From NCBI GenBank assembly GCA_036677365.1, contig JAVBWN010000031.1, positions 12,975 through 76,974 of the forward strand: 64,000 bases of DNA. Reading direction: 5' to 3'. Below, in pieces: positions 50,869 through 60,560 of the stretch. This DNA is from Acholeplasma sp. Lineage in GTDB: Bacteria > Bacillota_I > Bacilli_A > Acholeplasmatales > UBA5453. Under the pieces are notes generated by a model. That model worked only from the letters and a program-made list of their open reading frames with translations. It ran no database searches and had not been told where the DNA came from. The translations under genes and the position numbers were made by a program. How positions within the stretch are numbered: position 1 is the first letter of the stretch; each line of letters begins with the position of its first letter.

Positions 50869-51523
50869 CCTTCATCACCTTATCCTTGTAATTTTCTATG
50901 TAAGCTAGTGCCTCTCTTAACAATGGCATGTATTCTAAGCCCTTGCTATTGTTCCAGTTCTTTTTGTATTCAATCATGTGTGTATACCAGGGTTCATGAA
51001 CCACATGGCGATATCTTCCAGTTTCATCAACATGATCCAAGATTCCACGCACCCTGAAAATGTGATAATGTGACTTTTGCGGTTCTGGATACTCAATACG
51101 CATGTTGTAATGCTCCACAAAACTTTCCAAGAACAACCCAAGCTTACTGGTTAAATCAACGTTCTTGTATGCTTTATATTCATCTCGATAGCTCTCATTT
51201 AAGTAAATTAGGTTATCCTTTTCTGATAGAACTTCATCGATATAGGCACGATCGTATAGAGGCACTGTTTGATCTAAGTTTTGTTTCTTTAAATAAACAT
51301 CTCTTCCGTAGGCAAAAATATCAAGTTCACCTAGACTCAAATGAACATTACCTTTGAAACCATCAAGCACCACAGTAACATCATCATCGCTATTTTCATC
51401 GTTTAATCCAAAGGCTAACGAGCCACAGTAGTAGACAAACATCACAGTCGTATTTGGAAAGATGCCTTGAATGATTTCTAGAATACTTTCCTTATTCAGT
51501 GGTTTCGGTTTCACTTGGAGCAT
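50837..51523 (-). CDS. Pol-beta superfamily nucleotidyltransferase (RlaP/NrdC.11-like)
   Basis: GSLAFGL...SDDD, third Asp in LDIFAY, C-terminal KSHYHIFR; SD GGAAGG before ATG 51523. Confidence 0.75.
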   Translation of the reverse strand: MLQVKPKPLNKESILEIIQGIFPNTTVMFVYYCGSLAFGLNDENSDDDVTVVLDGFKGNVHLSLGELDIFAYGRDVYLKKQNLDQTVPLYDRAYIDEVLSEKDNLIYLNESYRDEYKAYKNVDLTSKLGLFLESFVEHYNMRIEYPEPQKSHYHIFRVRGILDHVDETGRYRHVVHEPWYTHMIEYKKNWNNSKGLEYMPLLREALAYIENYKDKVMKDELGKHTQSI

Positions 51524-51827
51524 GAGCTGTACCTTCCACAACTTCAAAATCATCGATTGAGTCATCAAAACCAACCACATTATCTTTTAGCCATTGATAG
51601 CCTTGTATGATTGGACTCGCTTCACTGAATAGATAAAAATCTGACTCAGGAACCTCTATATCGATTTCTTCTAGTGGTGAACTGTGATTTGCACGAGCTT
51701 CTTTACTGTGATAGGACGCAACACAAATAACTGCCTTCTTCGCTACATAGTTGATGTTGAATGCAATAATCCGGTGATAGGATAAAGACACTCCAAACTT
51801 GGAGTTCATTTCTTTAATAATAGCCAT
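51492..51827 (-). CDS. Hypothetical phage protein (tail-fibre associated)
   Basis: 111-aa ORF coupled to the fibre genes; YHRI...ASY.S.EAR...YQWLK. Confidence 0.65.
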   Translation of the reverse strand: MAIIKEMNSKFGVSLSYHRIIAFNINYVAKKAVICVASYHSKEARANHSSPLEEIDIEVPESDFYLFSEASPIIQGYQWLKDNVVGFDDSIDDFEVVEGTAHAPSETETTE

Positions 51828-51833
51828 AATGAC

Positions 51834-52514
51834 CTACTTTCTCGCAGTGCGATAAATGGACACAGAAATAAGATCAGGTGATCCTAAGTCGAGTCCAGGA
51901 TTGATTAAAAGATTCTGTGGAGTTCCACCAATCGAGTGTGCAAAATCTGCCATTGTGATTGAAGTGTTCGTTTGTGCCGTCGCTGTTGTTACGCTTCTAC
52001 CTGTTGATAACCACTGCCTAACATCGCTAAATCCAGTTGAAAAGAGAGGTGTTAACTCGAAAGTAATGGTTTTAGATATCCCGCTTGTTAGAGCAATTCC
52101 GTTCGTAAAACTATCAGGTATTGATAAGGATGAGGAACTACCGATAAACATTCTACTCACACCACCACCGACATCATTAGCGTAAATTGCTAGTGCAGAT
52201 CCACTTATATTGGATAACCCAGATGTTCGGTAATTGATAATGGTAGACGATGTATCTGCAGTGCTACCATAAGTACTCGCTAAAACAACAATTTTGTAAT
52301 TGTAAGCTATGTTGAATGCATAGGAAACACTGATGGAACTCGCTGCAGATTCGGTTTGGTATACAAGTTCTAACTCTCCACCAACCTTAACAACTTCCGT
52401 TGAATTTCGGGCGTAGAGAGCATTGTTTGTATAATCAAAGGCTAACTCACCTACATAGGAAAGATTCGCTGTAGAAGGCTTTGTAGTGCCACGTTTAACC
52501 CGAAGAATAGCCAT
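51834..52514 (-). CDS. Tail fibre/receptor-binding protein
   Basis: N-terminal RVKRGT...GELAFD motif (Mtd/hyaluronidase-type fibre N-terminus). Confidence 0.7.
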   Translation of the reverse strand: MAILRVKRGTTKPSTANLSYVGELAFDYTNNALYARNSTEVVKVGGELELVYQTESAASSISVSYAFNIAYNYKIVVLASTYGSTADTSSTIINYRTSGLSNISGSALAIYANDVGGGVSRMFIGSSSSLSIPDSFTNGIALTSGISKTITFELTPLFSTGFSDVRQWLSTGRSVTTATAQTNTSITMADFAHSIGGTPQNLLINPGLDLGSPDLISVSIYRTARK

Positions 52515-53365
52515 TAGTATGTTCCACCATCAATAATTGATGAAGGTTGCAATACCTTAGTAGTATCGATTCCAAGAGCATATTTAACAACACTTGGCGT
52601 GTAGTTTGAGTCGATGTATTGATAAAGCTTTAACCCACCAGAAAGTACTGCAGCATCAAACGCTGCTTGTGAAACTGAGGCATCAGTACCGACTCCGGTT
52701 AAGATTCGAGTGTTGAGAACATTGGCTAAAACACTCTTTTGAGTTGTGGTCAAGTGGACATCAGCTGCAACGTGAGTATTAAAGGTAGTAGTTGATACAC
52801 CACCAAGTCCTGCAAGTGTGATGGTGACTGCCCCTGTTGAACCGTTGACGCTTGTTACAGAATCGGTTGGAGTGAGCAGTTCTTGCCAGTTTGCTAAAGT
52901 TGCATAACCTGCAGTTTTAAGAATAAAGGATTTGTTGATGTCCGTTCTAACTGCAACATCTCCTTCTTGAGCGTTTGATAGAGCTAACATCGCAGCTTGG
53001 CTTGCTACGACCCATGTGTTGGTGATAGCGACTTTTGGAATGACAGAATCAGCAAGTTTTCCATCAGCATCAAGAATTGGAATGTTGCCATTGCCTGTCC
53101 CTGTGTTTTTGGTTGCGGCTGTTCCTAACCCTAAAGCAGTAATCTTAGTATCAATTTGAGTATCAACTTTTGCTACTCCAGGTATTTTTAAATAATCTGC
53201 TTCTGCTAAAGGTACACTCACACTTGCTGTTTTATCAGCCTTTGCAATGTATAAATGTTCACCACTAAAATCGACTAGTGGTTCACCAGCTTTAATTGTT
53301 CCTGTTGTTCCAACGAGTGGGCCGGTACCTGCTGTGGTTCTTCGTTTAATTTGAATTGTTGCCAT
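52514..53365 (-). CDS. Tail fibre protein
   Basis: IQIKRR...GEP, SQAAMLAL..AQEGDVAVRTD, VTSVNG.TGAV, C-terminal IDGGTY. Confidence 0.75.
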   Translation of the reverse strand: MATIQIKRRTTAGTGPLVGTTGTIKAGEPLVDFSGEHLYIAKADKTASVSVPLAEADYLKIPGVAKVDTQIDTKITALGLGTAATKNTGTGNGNIPILDADGKLADSVIPKVAITNTWVVASQAAMLALSNAQEGDVAVRTDINKSFILKTAGYATLANWQELLTPTDSVTSVNGSTGAVTITLAGLGGVSTTTFNTHVAADVHLTTTQKSVLANVLNTRILTGVGTDASVSQAAFDAAVLSGGLKLYQYIDSNYTPSVVKYALGIDTTKVLQPSSIIDGGTY

Positions 53366-53377
53366 AGTATTTCCTCC

Positions 53378-54154
53378 TTATTTTTTGAGATACGCTTGTG
53401 TCACTCGATGAGATGTATTTCCCAAATATAATGTGACAAGTCCATTTGCATAAGATATGCTTAGCGAATAATCTGCTCCACCATACCGATAGCTGAGTGA
53501 TGAGTTTGAACCCACAACGATAAACAGCTGATTGGTTGGTAAACTTACAATCGTTGTATTCTCAATCACGACATATAGAATGCTTTCCATTAAGATAACC
53601 GAGTTAACATTGCCAAATCTGTAGACGCCATTACTAATCTTGGTTAGTCCCAGTTGCTGTGGATAATAGAAATCTTTTAGTTTTGATTCGAGTTCCTCAA
53701 CTCTAATCCGATCTGATGTAATCATTTGTCGTTCAAAATCATTGATGAGATTGACTGATGTGGTTGTTTTTGAATAAGCTGCAAGTGCAAACTCATAAAG
53801 TCCATCGACGTTCTGTAAATTGTTTTGGGTCAATACAGGATAGGTTCCCATCGCTTCTTTAATATAGATAGTGACAGTATTTGCTTGAGTGTCTACTGCA
53901 AGCACTACATAGCCAAACTTACTTGAATCAGGTGTAATGGATATTGTTGTTTGATTTTCGATATAGATGATTCGTCCGTAAACTGCAACATAGCCATCTA
54001 AAAATGTAATCGTGTTATTGGCTAACGTAAAGCTGCATTGCGATTTCACGTACTTCAAGATGCCTACATCACTTGAAAATAAAAAATGATACAAATCCGC
54101 ATCAATTTTCGATGTGACATTTGCACCATCAAAGGTTACTTTTTGAACACCCAT
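53378..54154 (-). CDS. Baseplate/minor tail protein
   Basis: Position; GYVAVYGR and LTQNNL...GLYEFALA motifs. Confidence 0.65.
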   Translation of the reverse strand: MGVQKVTFDGANVTSKIDADLYHFLFSSDVGILKYVKSQCSFTLANNTITFLDGYVAVYGRIIYIENQTTISITPDSSKFGYVVLAVDTQANTVTIYIKEAMGTYPVLTQNNLQNVDGLYEFALAAYSKTTTSVNLINDFERQMITSDRIRVEELESKLKDFYYPQQLGLTKISNGVYRFGNVNSVILMESILYVVIENTTIVSLPTNQLFIVVGSNSSLSYRYGGADYSLSISYANGLVTLYLGNTSHRVTQAYLKK

Positions 54155-55278
54155 TAAAATTCTCCTCCATCGAGATCAGTGATCCCAGTTGATTGTATTG
54201 ATATGTGACTAACTGCAGAGTTCACACTTTTGTTTAGAAGTTGTATCTTCTCGGTAAGTTTAATACGGTACTCACCAAGTGTTACCATTGCCTTATGAAA
54301 CCCCTGACTAAACTTGATACTTGTTACTACTGAATCATAGGTTTGTTCATTGTTTATAAACTCAACGAAATCTCCGAGTTCAATATTTTTCATCGGTTGA
54401 AATACATCGTTGTCGGATTTTATCGTGAAAGTGATATTATGATCCAATTTCGAGGCGATCATCTCGGATCTTGCTTTTGTGAGCAATGATGGATAGTCAT
54501 TATCTGTATAATAAAACGCCTTCGGTTTGACACTTTTGTACCTGTTAGGATGATACATGTCATGAGTCAATTCCCCAGTTGATAATAGATAGTAAACGAT
54601 GGTTTGCTTGAATTGAACATTCTCGACTTTTGGATAGTATGTGAGTTTATTGACCATCTGACTTGAACTGTCATTGACGACCAAATCCTGAATGGCTTGA
54701 TAGTTGTTTTTGAGTTTAATACCTCTTTGAACCTCACCGATTCGAAAGATAATGCCTGTCACTCTTCCTCTTAAATACACCGCTTCTGTTGAAAGTTTCA
54801 GTCCATAGGATTTGGTGATGAGTTCCATCAAAGAAGCAAAAGACATGATTTTATCAGGTTCAAAGGATAATTCCCCAGAAATACTTGAGCCTCTTTCGAT
54901 AGTAAGATAACTGAGATTTTGAAGCGAATCGCTGCTTTGTTTAAAGTTAGCTACAAGTAAGTTTTCAAGGTATAAACTTAAATCCCCAGTATAACTTTCA
55001 ACAGGTATGTCGATTGAGAACATTTCTTTAAAATCTAGTACATGAACGGTTGTTCGATGCTTGTCAGCAACTTCTAACCTTTCAACAATGCCAATGTAAT
55101 GTATCGGTGCATCTTTTAATATCACGATGTCACCAACAGAAACATTTAACTTGGCTTTGTTGATTGTGAATACTGACTTTTGAATGATGACTAAGTCTAG
55201 AGCTATCTCAAAATCCTTATCTACATAGCCGTAGTCTTTATAAGCTAAATTGAGTCTATCGAGGAATACAAGTTGCAT
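54154..55278 (-). CDS. Tail tip/Tal-like hub protein
   Basis: Follows Dit; IELGDFVEF...VTLGE C-terminal motif; ends LDGGEF. Confidence 0.7.
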   Translation of the reverse strand: MQLVFLDRLNLAYKDYGYVDKDFEIALDLVIIQKSVFTINKAKLNVSVGDIVILKDAPIHYIGIVERLEVADKHRTTVHVLDFKEMFSIDIPVESYTGDLSLYLENLLVANFKQSSDSLQNLSYLTIERGSSISGELSFEPDKIMSFASLMELITKSYGLKLSTEAVYLRGRVTGIIFRIGEVQRGIKLKNNYQAIQDLVVNDSSSQMVNKLTYYPKVENVQFKQTIVYYLLSTGELTHDMYHPNRYKSVKPKAFYYTDNDYPSLLTKARSEMIASKLDHNITFTIKSDNDVFQPMKNIELGDFVEFINNEQTYDSVVTSIKFSQGFHKAMVTLGEYRIKLTEKIQLLNKSVNSAVSHISIQSTGITDLDGGEF

Positions 55279-55280
55279 AC

Positions 55281-56108
55281 TTATACCCCCAGATATCCTT
55301 CATAAATCGTGATTCTACATGAGGTAAGACTAGCTACACCTGGTCGGAATTCTACTTCGTATTCACCTGGTTCAACAAATAGAAAGTTGTCACAGGTAAA
55401 ATCCTGAAGTCCATAAATGGAAACTATCTCACCATTGTCAATCTTACGAATAAATTGTTTGTTTGGAACAGCTGACACATGAATCTCACCACTGCTTTGA
55501 GAATGAAACAGTCTTAACATCGTGATAATTCCGGTGCCTTTTCTGATAATGACTTCTGGCTCATCTACCGCACCAATCATTTCAATCAACAGCGGTGCTT
55601 TGAAAATACCACGATTGACGATTTGAATTTTGCCTTCATAAAATGCAGAATAGGTAAAGGGGTAGGTGTATGGATATACTTTGCCTATGGTGGACTCGTT
55701 AACCTCGATGGTGTAAGTCTGTGTTTTGAGCCATAACGACAATTTTTGAAACACAATCTGACATTGAAGCGTCCCTGCTACTAGTTCTTGTTTGGATACT
55801 GCTTTGATATCGACAAAACAAAAAGCGGAATCATCCGCTTCGTAGAAAAGTTTAAGTTCTTTCTCTCCAAGTTTCAGATAATTCATTAGTTCTGTATAAC
55901 CTGGATACCCTTTTAGAAAGGTAAGCATTGCTTGTATTTCAGTCAATCCTTGTGTCTGATCGACACGATCATGAAGATAATCATACTTAAGATATGTGAG
56001 TTCTTGAGTAAAGCCTAGCCCAGAAATACTATGAATCAGACAACTACTTCTATAATCAAAATGAAACCTATTGCCAGAAGGATTTTCTAGATAGATTTTT
56101 CGAATCAT
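55281..56108 (-). CDS. Distal tail protein (Dit)
   Basis: Follows TMP; YPYTYPFTY...NRG...APL and FVEPGEYEV motifs. Confidence 0.8.
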   Translation of the reverse strand: MIRKIYLENPSGNRFHFDYRSSCLIHSISGLGFTQELTYLKYDYLHDRVDQTQGLTEIQAMLTFLKGYPGYTELMNYLKLGEKELKLFYEADDSAFCFVDIKAVSKQELVAGTLQCQIVFQKLSLWLKTQTYTIEVNESTIGKVYPYTYPFTYSAFYEGKIQIVNRGIFKAPLLIEMIGAVDEPEVIIRKGTGIITMLRLFHSQSSGEIHVSAVPNKQFIRKIDNGEIVSIYGLQDFTCDNFLFVEPGEYEVEFRPGVASLTSCRITIYEGYLGV

Positions 56109-58117
56109 ATCACGCTACCTCCTAGTGCTCTATTGATTGAATCAATGTCAAACGTTGGTGAGGTTGTATTGATGGTGATGTTGTTCGTATTGCTGTTTGA
56201 ACGATTGATGTTGTTTGTTGAACTTACGCTTTGATTCTGCTTTAGATTAAACTTATCGCCAAACCATCCACCAATCTTACCGAAGAAACCTCCAACTTTA
56301 TCAGCAGCATCGCCAACAAAGTTCCCCACTCCTTTAGCAACATTGGATGCAAATTCACCAATATTACCAGTGATGCTTCCCACCATGTCACCAAAATTAC
56401 CAGCGATATCGCCCATTTTGGAACCCAAGTCACCAATCCACTCGAATATTTGAGTAAGAAAATCGACAATCTTTTGAACAACAGCCATGACAGGTTCTAA
56501 TACTTTTTGAAGAACTTTTATTGCAGGAACTAAAATGGCTTGTAGGACTTTCCCTATAATTTCAATGAGTGGTGCAACCAGTTCTAATAATTCTGCAATA
56601 AACTCGATTTGCGTCATCAGTGGAACCAATAACACGTCAATGATAGGTACCAACATATCGACTAACATGATGATAAGGTCAATTAACACATCCAAAATAG
56701 GAGTAAGTGCTGCCATGAGACTATCGACAATCGTCATGATTGGTGGTAACAAAAGCATCAAGGTTTCACCAAGTCTAGCTAGTAAAGCTCGAAACTCTTC
56801 GCTTTGAAACAGTGCCATTGCAACAATCGCTATGAGTGCACCAATGCCAAGTGTAGCTAAATTGAGTCCAGCTCCTGCAAAAAGACCCGAAGTGCCTACT
56901 GCTTTGAGTGCGGTTGAAACAATATTTAAAATAGGTCCAACTTTTCCGATGATGGAAAGCACTGGACCTATGGCAGTTATGACTGCACCAAGTGTAAGGA
57001 TAATTTGCTTAGTGCCTGAATCTAAGTTGTTCCATTTTTCAATCCAACTTTTCATAGTTGGAATGATTTCATCTCTAACCTTTTGAAGCATGGTTTGCAT
57101 AATAGGCAGTACCTGAACAGAAATGTCCATCGCAAGACTACCCAAAGCTTGTTTTGTAGAATCAATAGCATCGGTAAATTCACCTGCAATTGCGGCTTGC
57201 TCATTGGTAATGATACCAAGTTCTCTTGCTTCATTTCTCAAACCATTAATTGCACTTTTTTCTTGTGAAAGCATCGGTAGGATTTCAGTACCTATCTTAT
57301 CACCAAAGAACTCATTCGCTATACCTACTCTTAGGGCTTCATCTTCTACACCAGCTAATGCGTCACGTATTAAATTAAATGCTTGATCCGCATTAAGCCC
57401 TTTTAGATCATCAACCGTGAGTCCAATTTGAGCAAGACTTTCAGCTACCTTATCACCATTACCAGTTGCAATATCGCCAAGAATACCATTAACCTTGATA
57501 AAGGCCTTATTCAGGCTTTCTGTCGAACTTCCGGATATCTTGGCAACGTAATTCCACTCTTGTAAACTCTCGGCACTTAGGCCAAGTTTGGCAGCTGTAT
57601 CCCCTATTTCATCGGCAGCAACTGCGGTCTTAACTGCTAGTGCACTGAGTGCTGATATAGCACCAAGAACAGGAACTGTAACAGACTTTGTTAAGGTTGA
57701 ACCCAATTTACCTATCTTTTCAAAGTTTGCATTCGATAGTTCTGAAATTTTGCCTTTGGTGTTTTGTAACTCCTTGTTAAGTCTGGAGACTTCAGCTTCA
57801 GTATAGGCAACATTTCGAGCGAGTTTATTGAACTCCGTTTCACTCATCTGACCAAGTTTTACTGCTTGTTTTGCTTTCTCAAGCTCTTGATTTTGTGTTT
57901 CTAGCTTCTTTTTAGTCGTTTGAAGGATTTCATTGAGTTTCGATTGTTTTTGTTTCCATAGTTCGACATTTGAGCTATCATACTTGAGATTTGTATTAAT
58001 GGCTTTGAGATCCTTTTGTTGTTCTTTGAGATCAGACTGAATTTCTTTAAGCTCATTCTCTAAATCTCTACCATCAAGGCTTAACTTAATGTTTAACCCT
58101 TTTACTGTTTCAGCCAT
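56105..58117 (-). CDS. Tape measure protein (670 aa)
   Basis: KGLNIKL N-terminal coiled coil, LTKSVTVP, hydrophobic Pro-spaced repeats. Confidence 0.9.
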   Translation of the reverse strand: MAETVKGLNIKLSLDGRDLENELKEIQSDLKEQQKDLKAINTNLKYDSSNVELWKQKQSKLNEILQTTKKKLETQNQELEKAKQAVKLGQMSETEFNKLARNVAYTEAEVSRLNKELQNTKGKISELSNANFEKIGKLGSTLTKSVTVPVLGAISALSALAVKTAVAADEIGDTAAKLGLSAESLQEWNYVAKISGSSTESLNKAFIKVNGILGDIATGNGDKVAESLAQIGLTVDDLKGLNADQAFNLIRDALAGVEDEALRVGIANEFFGDKIGTEILPMLSQEKSAINGLRNEARELGIITNEQAAIAGEFTDAIDSTKQALGSLAMDISVQVLPIMQTMLQKVRDEIIPTMKSWIEKWNNLDSGTKQIILTLGAVITAIGPVLSIIGKVGPILNIVSTALKAVGTSGLFAGAGLNLATLGIGALIAIVAMALFQSEEFRALLARLGETLMLLLPPIMTIVDSLMAALTPILDVLIDLIIMLVDMLVPIIDVLLVPLMTQIEFIAELLELVAPLIEIIGKVLQAILVPAIKVLQKVLEPVMAVVQKIVDFLTQIFEWIGDLGSKMGDIAGNFGDMVGSITGNIGEFASNVAKGVGNFVGDAADKVGGFFGKIGGWFGDKFNLKQNQSVSSTNNINRSNSNTNNITINTTSPTFDIDSINRALGGSVI

Positions 58118-58142
58118 CTTTACTCACCTCATTTTTACTGCA

Positions 58143-58172
58143 AATAAAAAGCACTTCGATTTCTCGAAATGC
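58143..58172 (-). terminator. Intrinsic terminator after the moron, immediately before TMP
   Basis: GCATTTCGA-GAAA-TCGAAGTGC-TTTTTATTT. Confidence 0.75.
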
Positions 58173-58179
58173 TGTCACT

Positions 58180-59367
58180 TTATTTTGTCTTTTTATTAAT
58201 AAATGTCTTCAAATTCTCTCTAGTATAACTTGCTGGATTGTAATCATCCAGTCCAGTACTTACTAGATAATCGACAAAAGTTAAACCTAAACCTAATCCA
58301 GAACTTGCAGCTCCAATAGCAACTAATCCAATTGTACGCACTGCACTTCCAGCCTTACTGTTATATGCAGTTTTGAATTTATTATTCGTCATGCATGCTT
58401 CATGATAAAGGCTAGTATATTCATCAAGATCAATATCTTCTGCTTGAGATTTATTTAAGGTATCAATCCATTTTCTAAATTTTTTAGCTGATGATGACTC
58501 TCGTATTTGCAATATATCATCAACAGTTAAAACGCCACTTTTGATAAGACTAGGTATATCAGGAATTCTTTCTAACTTTGTGATTTTCTCGAATATTGCA
58601 CCTAATTTATCTTTTTTGCTAGTATTTAAATGAGAATAATAATCATAAACCCCTTCGAGTTCAACTGGCACATAAAGATAGTCGCACTTTAATAAAGATG
58701 CAATCCTTCTATGATAGTGATAATGTAGAAGTCTATTAGCTTTATATTGCTGCTCGCTAACATTAATTGAAGTCACAGCTGGTGACATCTCTAGTACTTT
58801 CTTAACATCGGGCTTATGCATATCCTGAATAGTTTGAAGTTCAGTTTCTTTAAAGAGGGTATTTAAGTCATTGATAAAGTATGCTTTTTTGAAAAGCTGG
58901 ATTAATGGTGTTTTCCATTCGGGAAGAAATTCAAATTTATTTTTAATGGGTTCATATATTTTGTCAATTCGAATACTAATAGATGCTTCTGTTTCTGGTG
59001 ATTTCTCATTAAACATCATCCACTCATTTAGTGGACCATAAACCAGTCCAATTCGGTTAGATAAAGAGTCGAATAATTGAATACCAGGTGATTGAACTAG
59101 TTTCATCGTTAATTCATAACCTAGTGTTCCAATTAGATAAATTACATCTTCTACAGGAATGTTACAAACGTCATAGAGGAGCATTTGATCAAGTAAATGT
59201 ATATAGGCATTTTCGAACTCATCTTTAAATAATTCTCTTATACCAGTACTAAAAATGGTCGAGAACACTTGTGGCTCAGGTTTTTGAGGTGTTCTATATT
59301 GAAACCTTAGATAATACTTATGTGCTATGCTTCCATGATAAATATATGGGAAAAATATCTTGCTCAA
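58180..59367 (-). CDS. Moron-like hypothetical protein inserted in the tail module
   Basis: 395 aa, AT-rich codons, own SD, TG-TATTAT element and terminator; DILQIRE...KKFRKWI and a C-terminal Gly-rich hydrophobic helix. Confidence 0.75.
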   Translation of the reverse strand: MSKIFFPYIYHGSIAHKYYLRFQYRTPQKPEPQVFSTIFSTGIRELFKDEFENAYIHLLDQMLLYDVCNIPVEDVIYLIGTLGYELTMKLVQSPGIQLFDSLSNRIGLVYGPLNEWMMFNEKSPETEASISIRIDKIYEPIKNKFEFLPEWKTPLIQLFKKAYFINDLNTLFKETELQTIQDMHKPDVKKVLEMSPAVTSINVSEQQYKANRLLHYHYHRRIASLLKCDYLYVPVELEGVYDYYSHLNTSKKDKLGAIFEKITKLERIPDIPSLIKSGVLTVDDILQIRESSSAKKFRKWIDTLNKSQAEDIDLDEYTSLYHEACMTNNKFKTAYNSKAGSAVRTIGLVAIGAASSGLGLGLTFVDYLVSTGLDDYNPASYTRENLKTFINKKTK

Positions 59368-59439
59368 ATTATCACCACCAACGTTATTGTTACTTTAATA
59401 ATACCAAACATTGAGTGTTTTTATTAAATTATTTGAGTC

Positions 59440-59673
59440 CTAGATAAAAAAAGCATCTATATCAGCTTGTGAAGCTTGTCTTTCAGATTTGTTTCCAGAT
59501 ATGACTTTCATTTCAAGTTGAACTAACTCAAAATAAGTCGTTAGATCAAAATACTTCGAATCTTCAATCGATATGCCTAGATGAGCCAAGTTGAAGATTA
59601 TATTAGAGGTTGCACCAAACTCTGGCTCATCATTTGGACTGTGGGGATGGTTTGGTGCCTTTTTGGAGAGTGC
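59440..59673 (-). CDS. Tail assembly chaperone C-terminal (gpT-like) frameshift segment
   Basis: Startless open frame ...LAHLGISIED...RQASQADIDAFFI*, overlapping the end of the chaperone in the +1 frame. Confidence 0.7.
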   Translation of the reverse strand, partial: ALSKKAPNHPHSPNDEPEFGATSNIIFNLAHLGISIEDSKYFDLTTYFELVQLEMKVISGNKSERQASQADIDAFFI

Positions 59674-59980
59674 CTAGCATTTCACCGATAGTTTGCGATA
59701 GAATGCCTAATTCTTCAGTATCGCTTAAAATACCAAAATCAAGTGTCATCAAGAAGTCATTGTATGATGCCTTGCTGAAAGGACGATGCAACACATAAAT
59801 GATTCTAAAAATCGTATCGATTACGAGTGAGAAGTCTTCTTCTTTGATATCCTTACCCTTTTCAAGTTTCTTGATATCGCTGAATAGTTCAGACCCGAAA
59901 ACGTTACGATAATCGATGATTGTAAATAGTGACGAATGGAGTTTGTACTCCTTGTCACCTAGTTTGATTACTTTTTCCAT
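59630..59980 (-). CDS. Tail assembly chaperone (gpG-like)
   Basis: Between major tail and TMP; MEKVIKLGDKE...YRNVFG. Confidence 0.8.
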   Translation of the reverse strand: MEKVIKLGDKEYKLHSSLFTIIDYRNVFGSELFSDIKKLEKGKDIKEEDFSLVIDTIFRIIYVLHRPFSKASYNDFLMTLDFGILSDTEELGILSQTIGEMLGTLQKGTKPSPQSK

Positions 59981-59993
59981 GTTCAGTTACTCC

Positions 59994-60560
59994 CTAGATG
60001 AATGTTGGTAAGACTGGTGATGTCGATAGGAAGTTCGTGTAGTTCGTATCTCCAACACTTGCGATAACACGAAGGATCAGATTATTACCTGACTCGATCG
60101 GGCGAGCTGTGATGTTAAGTGAGATTGAATTGGCTTCAATGGAGTCCGCTTTGGATTTGCTTGCATCCCCTGAAGGTGTCGCTGTACATAGGTAATACCA
60201 AATGCGACGTGCTTTGACATCGCCTTGAATTTCGTATCCCAATGCGAAGGTCTTGGTTTCATTGTTGACAACTTCGACAAAATTGCCATTGGTGTCTGTC
60301 TTGAAACCAAAGATATCCTTTTTAAATTCATCATCAATCTCTGTAAACTTGAGAGTGACGGTTGAGCCTGAATTGGATACTAGGGTTGCGATAACCTTAT
60401 CGTCTGCATAGACTTGTGAACTACCACCGATGATTTCAGTAGTGATTTCTTGAGCACCTACCAGACGTTTAGGCGTTCCAAAAGTCCAGGAACCATCGGT
60501 TCCAATCGTAGCGAGTGCATAGTGGACATTGGTAAGTCCGAAAGTAACTTTATTACTCAT
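59994..60560 (-). CDS. Major tail protein (phi13-like)
   Basis: VTFGLTNVHYA, YADD, FALGYEIQGD..ARR. Confidence 0.9.
   Translation of the reverse strand: MSNKVTFGLTNVHYALATIGTDGSWTFGTPKRLVGAQEITTEIIGGSSQVYADDKVIATLVSNSGSTVTLKFTEIDDEFKKDIFGFKTDTNGNFVEVVNNETKTFALGYEIQGDVKARRIWYYLCTATPSGDASKSKADSIEANSISLNITARPIESGNNLILRVIASVGDTNYTNFLSTSPVLPTFI

Noticed and set aside
51834..53365. Diversity-generating retroelement targeting the Mtd-like fibres
   Set aside because: No reverse transcriptase or TR/VR pair seen in the window
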